DNA of 64,000 nucleotides, taken from assembly GCA_963667725.2 (NCBI GenBank), contig CAXXHO010000005.1, forward strand, positions 864,001-928,000, written 5' to 3'. The notes under the pieces were generated by a model. It was not told where the DNA came from and did no database searches. It was given only the letters and a program-made list of their open reading frames with translations. A program made the position numbers and the translations under genes. Numbering within the stretch: position 1 is the stretch's first letter; every line of letters starts with the position of its first letter. Shown piece by piece: positions 53,158 through 63,203 of this stretch. Source of the stretch: Treponemataceae bacterium (lineage in GTDB: Bacteria; Spirochaetota; Spirochaetia; Treponematales; Rectinemataceae).

Positions 53158-53994
53158 ATGATACGAGCGCGACGTGCGATCCCCCTAACGGGACGACTCC
53201 TCGTTTCCCTCCTGATTTTCCTCGTATACTTCGTCCCCTTCTACTGGATGGCGCTGACGGCGATCAAGTCGAAGGGGGAGATGCTCCAGTTCCCGCCGAC
53301 TTTCTGGACGGCCCATCCCAGCTGGGACAACTTCGCGGCGGCATTCGGCGCCTTTCCCTTCTGGAAATACCTCTGGAACAGCATTCTCGTCTCAGGATCC
53401 ATCATCCTCTGTCAAATCTTCACGGTCGTGCCGGCGGCCTACGCCTTTGCCCGATACAGATTCAAGGGCAGCGGCATCTTCTTCGGACTCACCCTGGCCT
53501 CGGTGATGATTCCGCCGCAGCTGGTCTTTCTGCCCGTGTTTCTGCTGATGAACCGCTTCGGCCTCATCAACCACTACGCGTCCCTCATCTTACCGCAGGC
53601 GGCAAGCGCTTTCGGGATCTTTATGCTCAGGCAGACGTTCCGGCAGGTGCCGGAGGAAGTCCTCGAAGCGGCTCGCATGGACAAGGCTTCGGAACTCTCC
53701 ATCATCACGCGTATCATGATCCCGATAGCGATGCCCACGATTTCGGCCCTTGGCCTCATTACCTTCATCGGTACTTGGAACGATTATTTCTGGCCTCTGG
53801 TGCTCACCACAAGCGATGCTGTTCGTACGCTTCCCGTGGGTGTCGCCTCACTGAAGTTGCTGGATAGCGGAATATCCATACCCTACAACGTCGTGATGGC
53901 GGGCAACCTTATCTTGATCATCCCCGTTTTGCTCATCTACCTCATCGCTCAACAAAGAATAACGAAAGCATTCACCTATATGGGTGAAAAATAG
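53158..53994 (+). CDS. carbohydrate ABC transporter permease (UgpE-like)
   Basis: AAYAFAR, EAARMD, WNDYFWP. Confidence 0.9.
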   Translation: MIRARRAIPLTGRLLVSLLIFLVYFVPFYWMALTAIKSKGEMLQFPPTFWTAHPSWDNFAAAFGAFPFWKYLWNSILVSGSIILCQIFTVVPAAYAFARYRFKGSGIFFGLTLASVMIPPQLVFLPVFLLMNRFGLINHYASLILPQAASAFGIFMLRQTFRQVPEEVLEAARMDKASELSIITRIMIPIAMPTISALGLITFIGTWNDYFWPLVLTTSDAVRTLPVGVASLKLLDSGISIPYNVVMAGNLILIIPVLLIYLIAQQRITKAFTYMGEK

Positions 53995-54018
53995 ATTGCT
54001 CTACTAAAGGAGTCGGAT

Positions 54019-55299
54019 ATGGCAAGGAGTCTTGAGATTCGCGGCGCCAGGGTTTTCTTGGCCGCTATCGTCCTGGCGCTATTGGGGGCTCAGGCCCCGG
54101 CGGCGCAGGCCAAGCCCATCGAGCTCAATTACTGGTACGCATATTCTGGCGTGGTTCAGGAAACCAACGAGACTCTGATCAAGAATTTCAACGAGACCGT
54201 GGGAAAGCAGAAGGGTATCCATGTTACCGGAGCCACGCAGGGGACCTATTCTGACGTACAGCAGAAGGTTCAGGCGGCCACAATAGCCGGGAATCCGCCC
54301 AATGTCTTCGTGCTGGAGATGGGCGTGACCGGGATGCTGGGCATGAACGACATCACGGAACAGCTGGACAGCCGGGTCGCCGCCGACAAGTTCGATCTTT
54401 CCGATTTCCAGCAGGCCCTGGTGAAGAGCTGCAAGTACGATGGCAAGCTGTACGGCCTGCCTTTCATGCCCTCCAACCTTATCCTGTACATGAATACGAC
54501 ACTTCTCAAGCAAGCGGGCCTCGATCCGGCCGGGCCCAAGACCTGGGACGATTTCGCCCGCTATTGCAAGACCATCAAGGAAAAGACCGGCCTTTACGGC
54601 CTGACCCTGGCCAGCAACATCTGGTTCCTTGAGGGAATCCTTCTCGAGTCGGGGACTTCCGTCCTGAGCGACGATGAAAAGTCCACGAACATCAACACCA
54701 AAATGGCCTACGACGCCGTCAAGTTCTTCAGGGATCTCAAGGACGCCGGTTATATCAGGATCATGGCCAGCGCCGATTCCGCAAAGCTGATGTCGGACGT
54801 CACGAACCAGAAGGCGGCCATGTGGTTCTACACGACGGCGGGGATTACGACCTTCATGGGTATGGGAAAGAACGCGGGATTCTCGGTGAACACCGCCTTC
54901 ATGCCGAAGCAGGTGAGTTACGGAACCTCGGCGGGAGGCTCCAATATCGTAATTTCCAGCAAGGGAACCAAGCAGGAAAAAGACGCGGCCTGGGAATTCC
55001 TCAAGTGGGTGACGGCGACCGAGCAGACGGTCTTCGTCAGCTCCAAGACGGGGTATATGCCGAGCCGTAAGACAGCGATCGAGTCTCCAACGATGAAGGC
55101 TCTGTACACCGCGTTGCCGCAGTTCAAGGTGGCGATCGACCAGATGGCCTACGCCGACGGGCGCCCGATGAACCCCGCCTATACGGAAGCGTCCTTCGTC
55201 ATCACCTCGGCTCTCGACGCGGTATGGGTCAACGGCCAGAACATCGAAAAGGAGTTCGCCGAGGCTCAGAAAGCCGTCGACAAGCTGCTGCGCGAATAG
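54019..55299 (+). CDS. ABC transporter substrate-binding protein (family 1, UgpB-like)
   Basis: signal peptide, YGLPF, LLKQAGLDP, PKTWDD, AAWEFLKW, TGYMP. Confidence 0.9.
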   Translation: MARSLEIRGARVFLAAIVLALLGAQAPAAQAKPIELNYWYAYSGVVQETNETLIKNFNETVGKQKGIHVTGATQGTYSDVQQKVQAATIAGNPPNVFVLEMGVTGMLGMNDITEQLDSRVAADKFDLSDFQQALVKSCKYDGKLYGLPFMPSNLILYMNTTLLKQAGLDPAGPKTWDDFARYCKTIKEKTGLYGLTLASNIWFLEGILLESGTSVLSDDEKSTNINTKMAYDAVKFFRDLKDAGYIRIMASADSAKLMSDVTNQKAAMWFYTTAGITTFMGMGKNAGFSVNTAFMPKQVSYGTSAGGSNIVISSKGTKQEKDAAWEFLKWVTATEQTVFVSSKTGYMPSRKTAIESPTMKALYTALPQFKVAIDQMAYADGRPMNPAYTEASFVITSALDAVWVNGQNIEKEFAEAQKAVDKLLRE

Positions 55300-55372
55300 A
55301 TGGAAGGCAGCGCCTCGGATCGGCCGCGGGCGCTGCTGGCCTTAAGTCAGTCATCGCTTCGGGAGAGCCTCT

Positions 55373-56383
55373 ATGAACGCACGGAGATCCATCCTCATCG
55401 ATACGGATATAGCCTTCGGATCGCCGAAAGCCGACGCCGACGATGTTCTTGCCCTCATCCTCGCCATGTCCATCCCGGGACTGGAAATCGCGGCCATCTC
55501 GCCGGTAGGAGGGAATGTTTCGCCGGATAGGGCGAGCCGCAATCTGCACGGATTTCTGTCGCGGATCGGAATGTCTTCCATCCCCCATGCCTGGAGTTCG
55601 GCGATGCCTCTCGATCCGCGGTCGAGGGTAAAAGCCGAAGTGTGGGACAGGGCGGCCGAGGATATGATCGTAAGGCCTGAGGACGCGCCGAAGATCGATT
55701 CCGTCGACCTCATCCTGAAGACTCTCGCCGAGGCCACGGCGCCTCTGACGATAGTCGCCATAGGCCCTCTCACGAACCTCGGGATGGCCTTGGCGAAAGA
55801 GCCGGCTGTCGCCGCGAAAATCGGCGAGATCGTCATGATGGGCGGCTCCCGGGAGGTCAGGGGTCTGCACGGCTTGGCCGAGTTCAATATCTGGGTCGAC
55901 CCGGCGGCAGCCGCGATCGTATTCGGTTCAGGCTTGCCGATCAGGGTCTTCGGGCTCGATGTCACCAAAAAGCGCAAGGTGCTTCCTCAGGATCTCGCTC
56001 CCTGGGCTGTCTCCGATTCGCCTCTGGTCCGGGACATTCACGAGAGCGTCCTGGGCTTCATGCGGTACAAGGCAGAGCTGTTCGGCCAGGACTACCGCGT
56101 CGGGTATTTCCACGACGCTTTCCCCATCGCGTATTTTCACGATTCCGGCCTTTTCAGGTTCAACCCTTACGGGATAGAGGTCGGCCTCGACGACGATGAG
56201 GCCTATGGGGTGACGCGTATCGACTTCGGTCCCGCCGACGGCCCGCACCTATTCGCCGTCGATGTCGACGACGCCGCGCTGACGGAGTGGGTCATTCGAA
56301 CGATCGCGGAATCGCCGGCCTGCCTTGCAGGTCATGAAATACGCGTTCCGGGATCAAGGGATGCGGCTTCTCCCAATATATAA
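55373..56383 (+). CDS. nucleoside hydrolase (IU-NH family)
   Basis: IDTD...DADD, GGN, IGPLTN, MGG, AEFNIWVDP, GLDVT, FHD. Confidence 0.9.
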   Translation: MNARRSILIDTDIAFGSPKADADDVLALILAMSIPGLEIAAISPVGGNVSPDRASRNLHGFLSRIGMSSIPHAWSSAMPLDPRSRVKAEVWDRAAEDMIVRPEDAPKIDSVDLILKTLAEATAPLTIVAIGPLTNLGMALAKEPAVAAKIGEIVMMGGSREVRGLHGLAEFNIWVDPAAAAIVFGSGLPIRVFGLDVTKKRKVLPQDLAPWAVSDSPLVRDIHESVLGFMRYKAELFGQDYRVGYFHDAFPIAYFHDSGLFRFNPYGIEVGLDDDEAYGVTRIDFGPADGPHLFAVDVDDAALTEWVIRTIAESPACLAGHEIRVPGSRDAASPNI

Positions 56384-56533
56384 AGGTAACGGGCATCTAC
56401 CGGATCGTATTTAGCGCGTATTTTTTCCTCCGGCGGGATACCGGAGGAAGTAGGAGACAGGAACATTTAAATGTTTCATGGAGAGGCTTTAGTGCTAAAA
56501 AATAAAGAATCGTATTCTATTGACTGTCAGTAG

Positions 56534-56590
56534 GCAGAACACGTTGGCACCTTCGCAGGATGAACCTGCGGCAGGTTCAACTTGTTAGTG
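56534..56590 (+). other. 57-bp imperfect palindrome with attC-like architecture
   Basis: GCAGAAC...GTTAGTG ends around a long imperfect stem with bulged bases; isolated, no integrase in the window. Confidence 0.3.
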
Positions 56591-56794
56591 CGAAAAGGGG
56601 TTCCCCCTTCACACATGAATGGCGGCAGGAAAATTAAGAATTCTCACCCTACCTCCAGAATGGCAACTATTCTTTGCAGTTCAAGAACCCCGTTATAGGC
56701 CTACCGAGAATTCAGCGCTTTACAAAGGCCAAGACTCTGAAGGATGTATAGGAGTTGTTGAGGGATGGATGAGTAAGGGCCAATTTAAAAAACT

Positions 56795-57676
56795 CTATTT
56801 TACGAGTGATTCGTAGCCGGATATTACGTCGAACAGCTCGGAATCGATGCCGCTCTGTCGCAATCGATGAAAGGAACGGTTGAGTTCTTCCATCAGCTCG
56901 TCGATGTTTTTTTCGGCGCGCCGCATCGCCGAAAGGCGGCTCGAATTTTCGCTTGCCAAGGATTCGGCGCATGCTCTAAACAGCGAGACGAAGAGGTATT
57001 CACGTATCAGCGCCCGTATAGTCAAAGTAGCGTTACCGATTATTTCGGGAAGGTTAGCGGTTGGCCAGGGCAATGCGGCTCGTTCGCTGAACCAGATTTC
57101 ATCCAGAGGCAAAAGACGTTGGCTGACTGGAGCGCAGGCAGTGCCGGATGTCGGACGATTGTAGAAGAGGTAGAACTCGTCGATTTCGCCGCGGTCGCGG
57201 CGGTTTTCGCAATCGTCGAGTATCCGGGCAATCAATGGGGTGATGGCTTTGACGGAATTCGGCACAGGAAACAGGGCGATCAGAGGCATGCCGGCATCAT
57301 CGAGCCGCGCTCGCGCCCTTTCGCCGACGACCCATGCGATTATTTTGCCCGGCATAGCGGCCAGCGTTTTAATCGCGAAATCGGCTATCTGGTCATTGAA
57401 TTGACCTACCATCCCTTGGTCGGAGCCAAAGACTATCGCGCTTATCGCTGCCGCCCTGCCTTGTGGCTTTGTGAGCGGGGTTGGCGGGAGGGCGTTTTTA
57501 CGCAAGCAGACGCTCAAACCCAACTCGATGGTACGTTGGTAATCGGCCAATGCCAATACCGATTTTTCATATTGTCCGATAGTGGATGCCGCAAGCGACT
57601 TCATCGTATGGACAACGGATTTCAGATCTCCAGCGCTGTCGATCTTCCGGCGAAGGCTTGCCGAAGTCTCACTCAT
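56795..57676 (-). CDS. atpG: N-type ATPase gamma subunit
   Basis: [57 protein letters not shown]. Confidence 0.93.
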   Translation of the reverse strand: MSETSASLRRKIDSAGDLKSVVHTMKSLAASTIGQYEKSVLALADYQRTIELGLSVCLRKNALPPTPLTKPQGRAAAISAIVFGSDQGMVGQFNDQIADFAIKTLAAMPGKIIAWVVGERARARLDDAGMPLIALFPVPNSVKAITPLIARILDDCENRRDRGEIDEFYLFYNRPTSGTACAPVSQRLLPLDEIWFSERAALPWPTANLPEIIGNATLTIRALIREYLFVSLFRACAESLASENSSRLSAMRRAEKNIDELMEELNRSFHRLRQSGIDSELFDVISGYESLVK

Positions 57677-59225
57677 GATCTTCTTGACCTTCGCGTGCCT
57701 GTTGGGTTCCCGCAAGGGCTAGACGCGCAAGATCGAGTATCGCTTCGCGGTCTTCCTCGCTCAACAAGGCGGCGGTATCGAATCGCGCGATTATTTCCGC
57801 CGGAATCTTCGCCGCGGCTTCATGTACGGCATCCTCGGCGCCCTTTACCTTTTCGAAGGGTACAGGATCAAAGAGATTCGCGCCCAATGCCAAGAGGCTG
57901 GATATTTGCGCGGCCACCGAAACCGGGGCAAATTCGGGCTGTTTGAGAAAGGCGCGGATTCGCCGGCCATGCTCGATGATCCTGGCCGTATCCGCGTCTG
58001 GGTGAGCTCCGAAACGGGCAAAGGTTTCGAGTTCCTCGAATTGCGCATAGGCGAGTTTTAAATCTCCGACTGCCTCGCGATAGGCAGCCCTCTGAGCCTT
58101 GCCTCCCACGCGCGAGACTGATTTTCCCATGTCGACGGCGGGCAATATGCCCAATTCGAATAGTCTCGGTGAAAGGTATATCTGCCCGTCCGTAATGGAT
58201 ATCAGATTGGTCGGGATATACGCGGATATATTCTGGGCTTCAGTTTCTATTACGGGAAGGGCGGTGAGCGAACCGCCTCCGCGTTCTTCGCGGAGATGGG
58301 TAGCGCGTTCCAAGAGCCGTGAATGAATATAGAAGATGTCGCCCGGAAAGGCTTCGCGGCCGGGCGGACGGCGAAAGAGGAGGGAAAGTTCGCGATATGC
58401 GCGGGCATGCTGGGTCAAGTCGTCGTAGACTATCAGTACGTCCTCTCCGGCTTCCATAAAGTACTCTGCGATGCTGGTCGCGGCATAGGGAGCGATATAG
58501 GAAAGCCCAGGAGGGTCGTTGCCTTCTGCGACAACCACTACAGTGTAACCCAAGGCGCCATTTTCCCGCAGCACAGCCACGGCCTTCGCCACAGCCGAGG
58601 CGCGTTGGCCGATGGCGCAATAGACGCAGACGACACCCGTATCGCGCTGATTGAGGATGGTATCGATGGCGATGGCTGTCTTGCCCGTCTGGCGATCTCC
58701 CAGAATCAACTCGCGTTGCCCGCGCCCGATGGGGATCAGCGCATCGATGACCTTTATACCGGTCTGCAGGGGATCCACAACGGGGGCGCGGTCCATGATC
58801 GGCGGGGCGGGTCGCTCTATCGGCATCCGTACGGTGCTTGCCACAGGTCCCTTGCCGTCGAGAGGTCTGCCGAGAGGGTCTATGACGCGTCCGCGCAATC
58901 CGTCCCCAGCGGCGATGTCCATTACCCTACCCGTACGCGCTGCTTCATCGCCCACATGCAGTCGCCGGGATTCACCGAGCAGGATGACGCCGATTTCCTT
59001 CTCGTCCAGGTTGAACGCGACGCCGAATTCGCCACCGGGAAAAGAGATCAACTCTTCGAATCCCACGGAGGGAAGGCCTGATACCTTGACTACGCCAGAG
59101 GATACATCGGTGATTATGCCTATCTCCTGCGGCATCAAGAGCGGCGCATATTCCTTCCGCGCCTTTTCGATTCCCGCGAACGCGCGGTCGATACTTCGCT
59201 TCAAATCTACAACGTGGTCGCTCAT
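57669..59225 (-). CDS. atpA: N-type ATPase alpha subunit
   Basis: [37 protein letters not shown]. Confidence 0.96.
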   Translation of the reverse strand: MSDHVVDLKRSIDRAFAGIEKARKEYAPLLMPQEIGIITDVSSGVVKVSGLPSVGFEELISFPGGEFGVAFNLDEKEIGVILLGESRRLHVGDEAARTGRVMDIAAGDGLRGRVIDPLGRPLDGKGPVASTVRMPIERPAPPIMDRAPVVDPLQTGIKVIDALIPIGRGQRELILGDRQTGKTAIAIDTILNQRDTGVVCVYCAIGQRASAVAKAVAVLRENGALGYTVVVVAEGNDPPGLSYIAPYAATSIAEYFMEAGEDVLIVYDDLTQHARAYRELSLLFRRPPGREAFPGDIFYIHSRLLERATHLREERGGGSLTALPVIETEAQNISAYIPTNLISITDGQIYLSPRLFELGILPAVDMGKSVSRVGGKAQRAAYREAVGDLKLAYAQFEELETFARFGAHPDADTARIIEHGRRIRAFLKQPEFAPVSVAAQISSLLALGANLFDPVPFEKVKGAEDAVHEAAAKIPAEIIARFDTAALLSEEDREAILDLARLALAGTQQAREGQEDHE

Positions 59226-60010
59226 GGACGCTCATCCCTGGATTCGGCATTTGCTTCTTCCCCGACGTCACCGTCGACGATTTTTCCCATGGCTTTCAGG
59301 TAATTCGCAATGTTCCAGGCTACTTTTTGTCCGTTGGATGCCAATTCAATCCCGCCGATCAGTTCCGCCTCGACCAGGAACCTTAGCTTGATTTCCTCCT
59401 GGAAAGTCTCGTTGAGCGCCTTTTGTATTTCCTTTCGCTGTTTTGCCGTCAGTTCGAACGCGCTTCGGACTAGCGCTGGTTCAGATGCCGAGGCAATGGC
59501 TTTGGCGAATTTTTCCTTCGCCGGACCTTCCAGCGCGCGCACGCGGCGAATAAATACCGCGCACAGGCTGGCTTCCAGGCTGGTTGTGGAAAGATCGGCC
59601 AGGACTTGGCGCGAGATCGCAAATACCTCCTGTTGAGCCCGGCTTGTTATTTCGCGGTTCAAGCGCTTTGCGTCGGTCTTCAGGGCTGCCATATGTTTTG
59701 CATTCATGTCATCGGCGGATTTCTTGGCTTCCTCGATGAGACGCGCCCTTTCGGCGTCCGCCTCCAATTTAGCCTTCTTCAACAGCGCTGATCGCGCTTT
59801 ATCGAACTCATCGTTTTTATGCTGGAATTCATTGCGCTCTTTTTCCGCTTCGGCAATTTTCCCCCCGGCCTCCGCGATTTCGTCCGCGATTCGCTTTTCG
59901 CGTGTCGCGATGGCGGTAAGAATCGGTTTATAGAGGAAGCGTTTCAGCAGCAGCACCAGGACGACGAAATTGAGTATCTGGGCGACGATGGTGAACCAGT
60001 CGATGCTCAT
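59222..60010 (-). CDS. atpF: N-type ATPase b subunit (long form with delta-like C-terminus)
   Basis: [19 protein letters not shown], coiled coil, C-terminal SAFEL and LIGGIEL. Confidence 0.92.
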   Translation of the reverse strand: MSIDWFTIVAQILNFVVLVLLLKRFLYKPILTAIATREKRIADEIAEAGGKIAEAEKERNEFQHKNDEFDKARSALLKKAKLEADAERARLIEEAKKSADDMNAKHMAALKTDAKRLNREITSRAQQEVFAISRQVLADLSTTSLEASLCAVFIRRVRALEGPAKEKFAKAIASASEPALVRSAFELTAKQRKEIQKALNETFQEEIKLRFLVEAELIGGIELASNGQKVAWNIANYLKAMGKIVDGDVGEEANAESRDERP

Positions 60011-60013
60011 GGG

Positions 60014-60295
60014 TCATTTTCCCGCGGCTTGAGCGATGGCAGAGTTCCAGAAGGGATTGGCGAAGATGAGGATCATGGCGACCACAAAACAATAAATGGC
60101 CGTGGACTCGATCATCGCCAAGCCGACGAACAGAGTCCTGGTTATGGTGGAGGACGCGTCCGGCTGTTGCGCCAAAGAAGTCAACGCGGTTGAAACAGCC
60201 TTCCCTTCTCCGAAAGCGGGAGCCATCGTGCCGATTGTGATGGCGAAGCCGGCGGTGATGATGGATACGATAGCGATAATAGTCATGCTGTCCAT
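60014..60295 (-). CDS. atpE: N-type ATPase c subunit with Na+-binding signature
   Basis: GEG in helix 1, QQP loop, IESTAIY. Confidence 0.95.
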   Translation of the reverse strand: MDSMTIIAIVSIITAGFAITIGTMAPAFGEGKAVSTALTSLAQQPDASSTITRTLFVGLAMIESTAIYCFVVAMILIFANPFWNSAIAQAAGK

Positions 60296-60990
60296 GATTT
60301 CTCCTTTTCGACGGGTACCGTTCTTTTTGCATGGGTGGTGGCGGCGGCGATATACACCGCGGCCAGGATGCTGAAAATGTAAGCCTGCACCATCCCGGTC
60401 AGCAGGCCGAGCGCTGTCATGATGATGGGGAAAATAAAAGGCGTGATACTCACCAGAATACCGACGATCATGGAACCGCTCATCATATTGCCGAAGAGAC
60501 GAATGGCGAGGGCCAAGGTGCGGGAGATTTCGCTTATAATGTTGAACGGGAGCATGATGAATGTCGGCTTGACATACAATTTAAGGTAAGCGCCGAGCCC
60601 TTTCTCCCCGATGCCGAAAATGGGCACTGCCGCGAAAACGCATAGGGAAAGCGCCGCGGTGGTAGAAAGCGAGCCCGTTGGCGGTTCATAGCCGGGAACT
60701 ATCGTAAAGAAGCTTGCCGCGGCGATAAAGATAAAAAGCGTACCCAGAAAGCCAAGGTATTTTTCAGGCGTGCCGAGGCCAATTTCCTCTATCTGTTTTT
60801 CTATGGCCGTAACGATGATTTCGAGCATGTTCTGCCATCTGGAGCGAGAGTGTGTCACAGATAATTTCCGAGTGATCAATATCGAACCGACAACCAGGAC
60901 AACCATGATCGCCCACGTGAATAGGATGGTGGCATTGAGTTTCACGAATCCAAACTGCCAATAAATAATCTCGTCAGGGCTAAGTCGCAT
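60283..60990 (-). CDS. atpB: N-type ATPase a subunit
   Basis: PPTGSLSTT, MLPFNIISEISRTLALAIRLFGN, VQAYIF. Confidence 0.95.
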   Translation of the reverse strand: MRLSPDEIIYWQFGFVKLNATILFTWAIMVVLVVGSILITRKLSVTHSRSRWQNMLEIIVTAIEKQIEEIGLGTPEKYLGFLGTLFIFIAAASFFTIVPGYEPPTGSLSTTAALSLCVFAAVPIFGIGEKGLGAYLKLYVKPTFIMLPFNIISEISRTLALAIRLFGNMMSGSMIVGILVSITPFIFPIIMTALGLLTGMVQAYIFSILAAVYIAAATTHAKRTVPVEKEKSWTA

Positions 60991-61012
60991 GGAAAGCCTC
61001 TTTCAGCATCCG

Positions 61013-62161
61013 CTAAAACCGATAGGTCGCGGCAAGACCTGTTTTCGAAGGCATGCCTTCCGAAGCTACCACAAGGATTTCCCCGCCTTTTTCCGCGACC
61101 AAGTCGCTCAGATCGTCCAACGTGTCGTCCACGCGAGGGTCGGAAAGGTCCCCAAGTTTTATCTTTCCCGTCACCGGGTCGAGCCGGCCGGGGATCTGTT
61201 TCCCGCTTTCGATCAACAGCGTGGCGACCCGTCCAGCCAAAGCCGCCTTGGCAACCTCGGCAAGATTGTCGCTGCCAAGCCCCTTGGAATGGGCTTGCTG
61301 GTATTCATCGCCCGCGGCCTTCAGCCGAGCGGCATACTGGGGCTCAAAATGCTCCCATGCGCGGTCGCTGAGTTCTTCCATGGATACGGATTCGGGATTG
61401 AGCGTTATCCCCTCCGCGGCGAGATAGGGATTCTGGCTGATACGATGGAACATTGCCTGGTGTTCGCTCAATGCCGCGAGGATCAGTGGGAGACCTGATG
61501 GCCGCGAGTAATGTTCCAGTATTCCATGATCGATGACACGGAAGAAGCGCTCGGTATAGCTGTCTATTTCATCGCTTTTGCCGCCCTGCCCATGGTGCAT
61601 CGGCGTACTCTGCGAGCCTATGCCGCCATAGGAGGATACTGTTGAATGCGGCTCGGGCAACTCTTTGCCAAGCGCTTCGGTGATGGTGTGAGGTATCCCA
61701 GGGATGATATCGATTTCGTCAAGACCGTCGCGGTCGCCTTCGAATAGACGGATCGAATGACGGCTCACTCCCAGCACCTGGTATCGCCCCACGCCTTGCA
61801 GAAGCCGTTTGAGCGGCTTGGTATGGAAGCTGTCCGCCACCACGGTCAGCGCGGCAAGCGGGCGTTTTGTCTGAAAAACCTGAAATAACCCGGGCGCCGA
61901 GAATACCGCCAAGCCATCGAAGGTATGATTCCAAAACTCGGCATCGCTGACGAGTGCCTTGTATGGTTTTAATAGCGCGGCGATTTCAGTCGCCGAATAC
62001 TTTTCCTGGAGCGATTGCTCCAGTTCTTTGACCAAATTCCGAAACAGGATCGGATCCCGCTGATTTTCCGGGTAGTGGCGATGCGTTGGCTGGTACAGCG
62101 ATAGACAGGGTGGTTGTGCGCCAGTGAGTTTCGTGTTGAAGTCTCGGGTAAGTAAATTCAT
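61013..62161 (-). CDS. bacterial aeRF1-fold protein (baeRF family 3-like, Balon-like)
   Basis: CLSLYQPTHR, DPILFRNL, FWNHTFDGLAVF, VADSFHTKPL, HGQG, FFRVID, LPLILA, GRVATLLIE, DDLSDLVAEKGG, GLAATYRF; no GGQ. Confidence 0.8.
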   Translation of the reverse strand: MNLLTRDFNTKLTGAQPPCLSLYQPTHRHYPENQRDPILFRNLVKELEQSLQEKYSATEIAALLKPYKALVSDAEFWNHTFDGLAVFSAPGLFQVFQTKRPLAALTVVADSFHTKPLKRLLQGVGRYQVLGVSRHSIRLFEGDRDGLDEIDIIPGIPHTITEALGKELPEPHSTVSSYGGIGSQSTPMHHGQGGKSDEIDSYTERFFRVIDHGILEHYSRPSGLPLILAALSEHQAMFHRISQNPYLAAEGITLNPESVSMEELSDRAWEHFEPQYAARLKAAGDEYQQAHSKGLGSDNLAEVAKAALAGRVATLLIESGKQIPGRLDPVTGKIKLGDLSDPRVDDTLDDLSDLVAEKGGEILVVASEGMPSKTGLAATYRF

Positions 62162-62490
62162 GGGTTAACTCCTTTTGAGATATTGGAAAGCGCCTTTTGG
62201 TCAGCCGGATTCTTGTCCGTGATAGGCGATTTCATCCGCCAGATCAGGGCGAACCGGGCCATGGTGAAACCGATCAGACATGTCAGCAGACGCTGCCAAT
62301 GGCCTGCCGATACAAAGAAAAATCCCGCGATGATAATGCCCGTTCGCAGGAGAAGACTGCCGGAAAACAGCAATGCCGGGTGTTTGGATGAAACACCTTT
62401 TTTCACCGTCCACCAGAGGCCTAAGAAAAAGGAGACACCCAGCGCTCCGCCTGCCAACCATGAAAGAAAAAGCGCGATAGTATCATTCAT
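62158..62490 (-). CDS. atpR: N-ATPase subunit AtpR
   Basis: GVSFFLGLWWTV, SLLLR, CLIGFTMAR; operon position. Confidence 0.85.
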   Translation of the reverse strand: MNDTIALFLSWLAGGALGVSFFLGLWWTVKKGVSSKHPALLFSGSLLLRTGIIIAGFFFVSAGHWQRLLTCLIGFTMARFALIWRMKSPITDKNPADQKALSNISKGVNP

Positions 62491-62821
62491 TCTTATCTTC
62501 CTTGCTTTCCAGCATTTCCTTGTCTTCCTTAACGACCCAATGCCAGGCATTGAGGCAGCCGATCACAAGCCCGGCCACCAAGAGTGTCAATGTCCACACA
62601 TGGTTGCCTTGGCCGCGCTTGTCCAGCCAGAGACCGATCAGCGCGCCGAGCAGCGTGGGAATAACCACCGACCAGCCGATAAGTCCCATCATGCCCAAAC
62701 CGAACCAAACTCCCTTCGCGGAGTTCCGCCTTGCCTTGAGTTTTCGCGCCGCCTTCGCCTTGATTTCGGAGGCCAAAGTCCCTTTTTCCTCCAAGGGCTT
62801 GGCCGATTCTTTCCTATTCAT
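62483..62821 (-). CDS. atpQ: N-ATPase AtpQ (AtpZ/AtpI-like)
   Basis: RKLKARR, WFGLGMMGLIGWSVVIPTLLG, GLWLD, NAWHWV. Confidence 0.88.
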   Translation of the reverse strand: MNRKESAKPLEEKGTLASEIKAKAARKLKARRNSAKGVWFGLGMMGLIGWSVVIPTLLGALIGLWLDKRGQGNHVWTLTLLVAGLVIGCLNAWHWVVKEDKEMLESKEDKNE

Positions 62822-63203
62822 ATTCGATGATCCCCAAACGCCGCAAAAAACCCGCTTCCAGCTTTGCCAAGGCAGAACGCATGGTTTGTTCATGTTCATC
62901 AAGCGTCAGGAATTCCCGCTCCACCGCCTCGCTCAGTTGATCCAAGTCGGATCCTCCTATCGCCCGACGCACGGAAACGAGCACATTCGATCCTGTTTTT
63001 ACCAGGATCCCTTCGTCCACCGCGATAAAGACTTCGCCTTCATGTTTGGTTTCAAAACTGAGGATTCCCGGCACGAGCGCGGCGACACAGTCGAGCCTAT
63101 GCGGCAACAGCCCGAAAGAGCCCTCTTGGGTCTCTGCAACGATGCGCGACACATCCGTTTCCTCAGCGAAGATTCCGAAAGGCAGGAGCACCTTAAGATT
63201 CAT
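62814..63203 (-). CDS. atpC: N-type ATPase epsilon subunit
   Basis: [30 protein letters not shown]. Confidence 0.9.
   Translation of the reverse strand: MNLKVLLPFGIFAEETDVSRIVAETQEGSFGLLPHRLDCVAALVPGILSFETKHEGEVFIAVDEGILVKTGSNVLVSVRRAIGGSDLDQLSEAVEREFLTLDEHEQTMRSALAKLEAGFLRRLGIIEYE

Noticed and set aside
56661..56678. Second sigma54 promoter (TGGCAAC...TTTGCA)
   Set aside because: GG-to-GC spacing is 12 nt rather than the required 10
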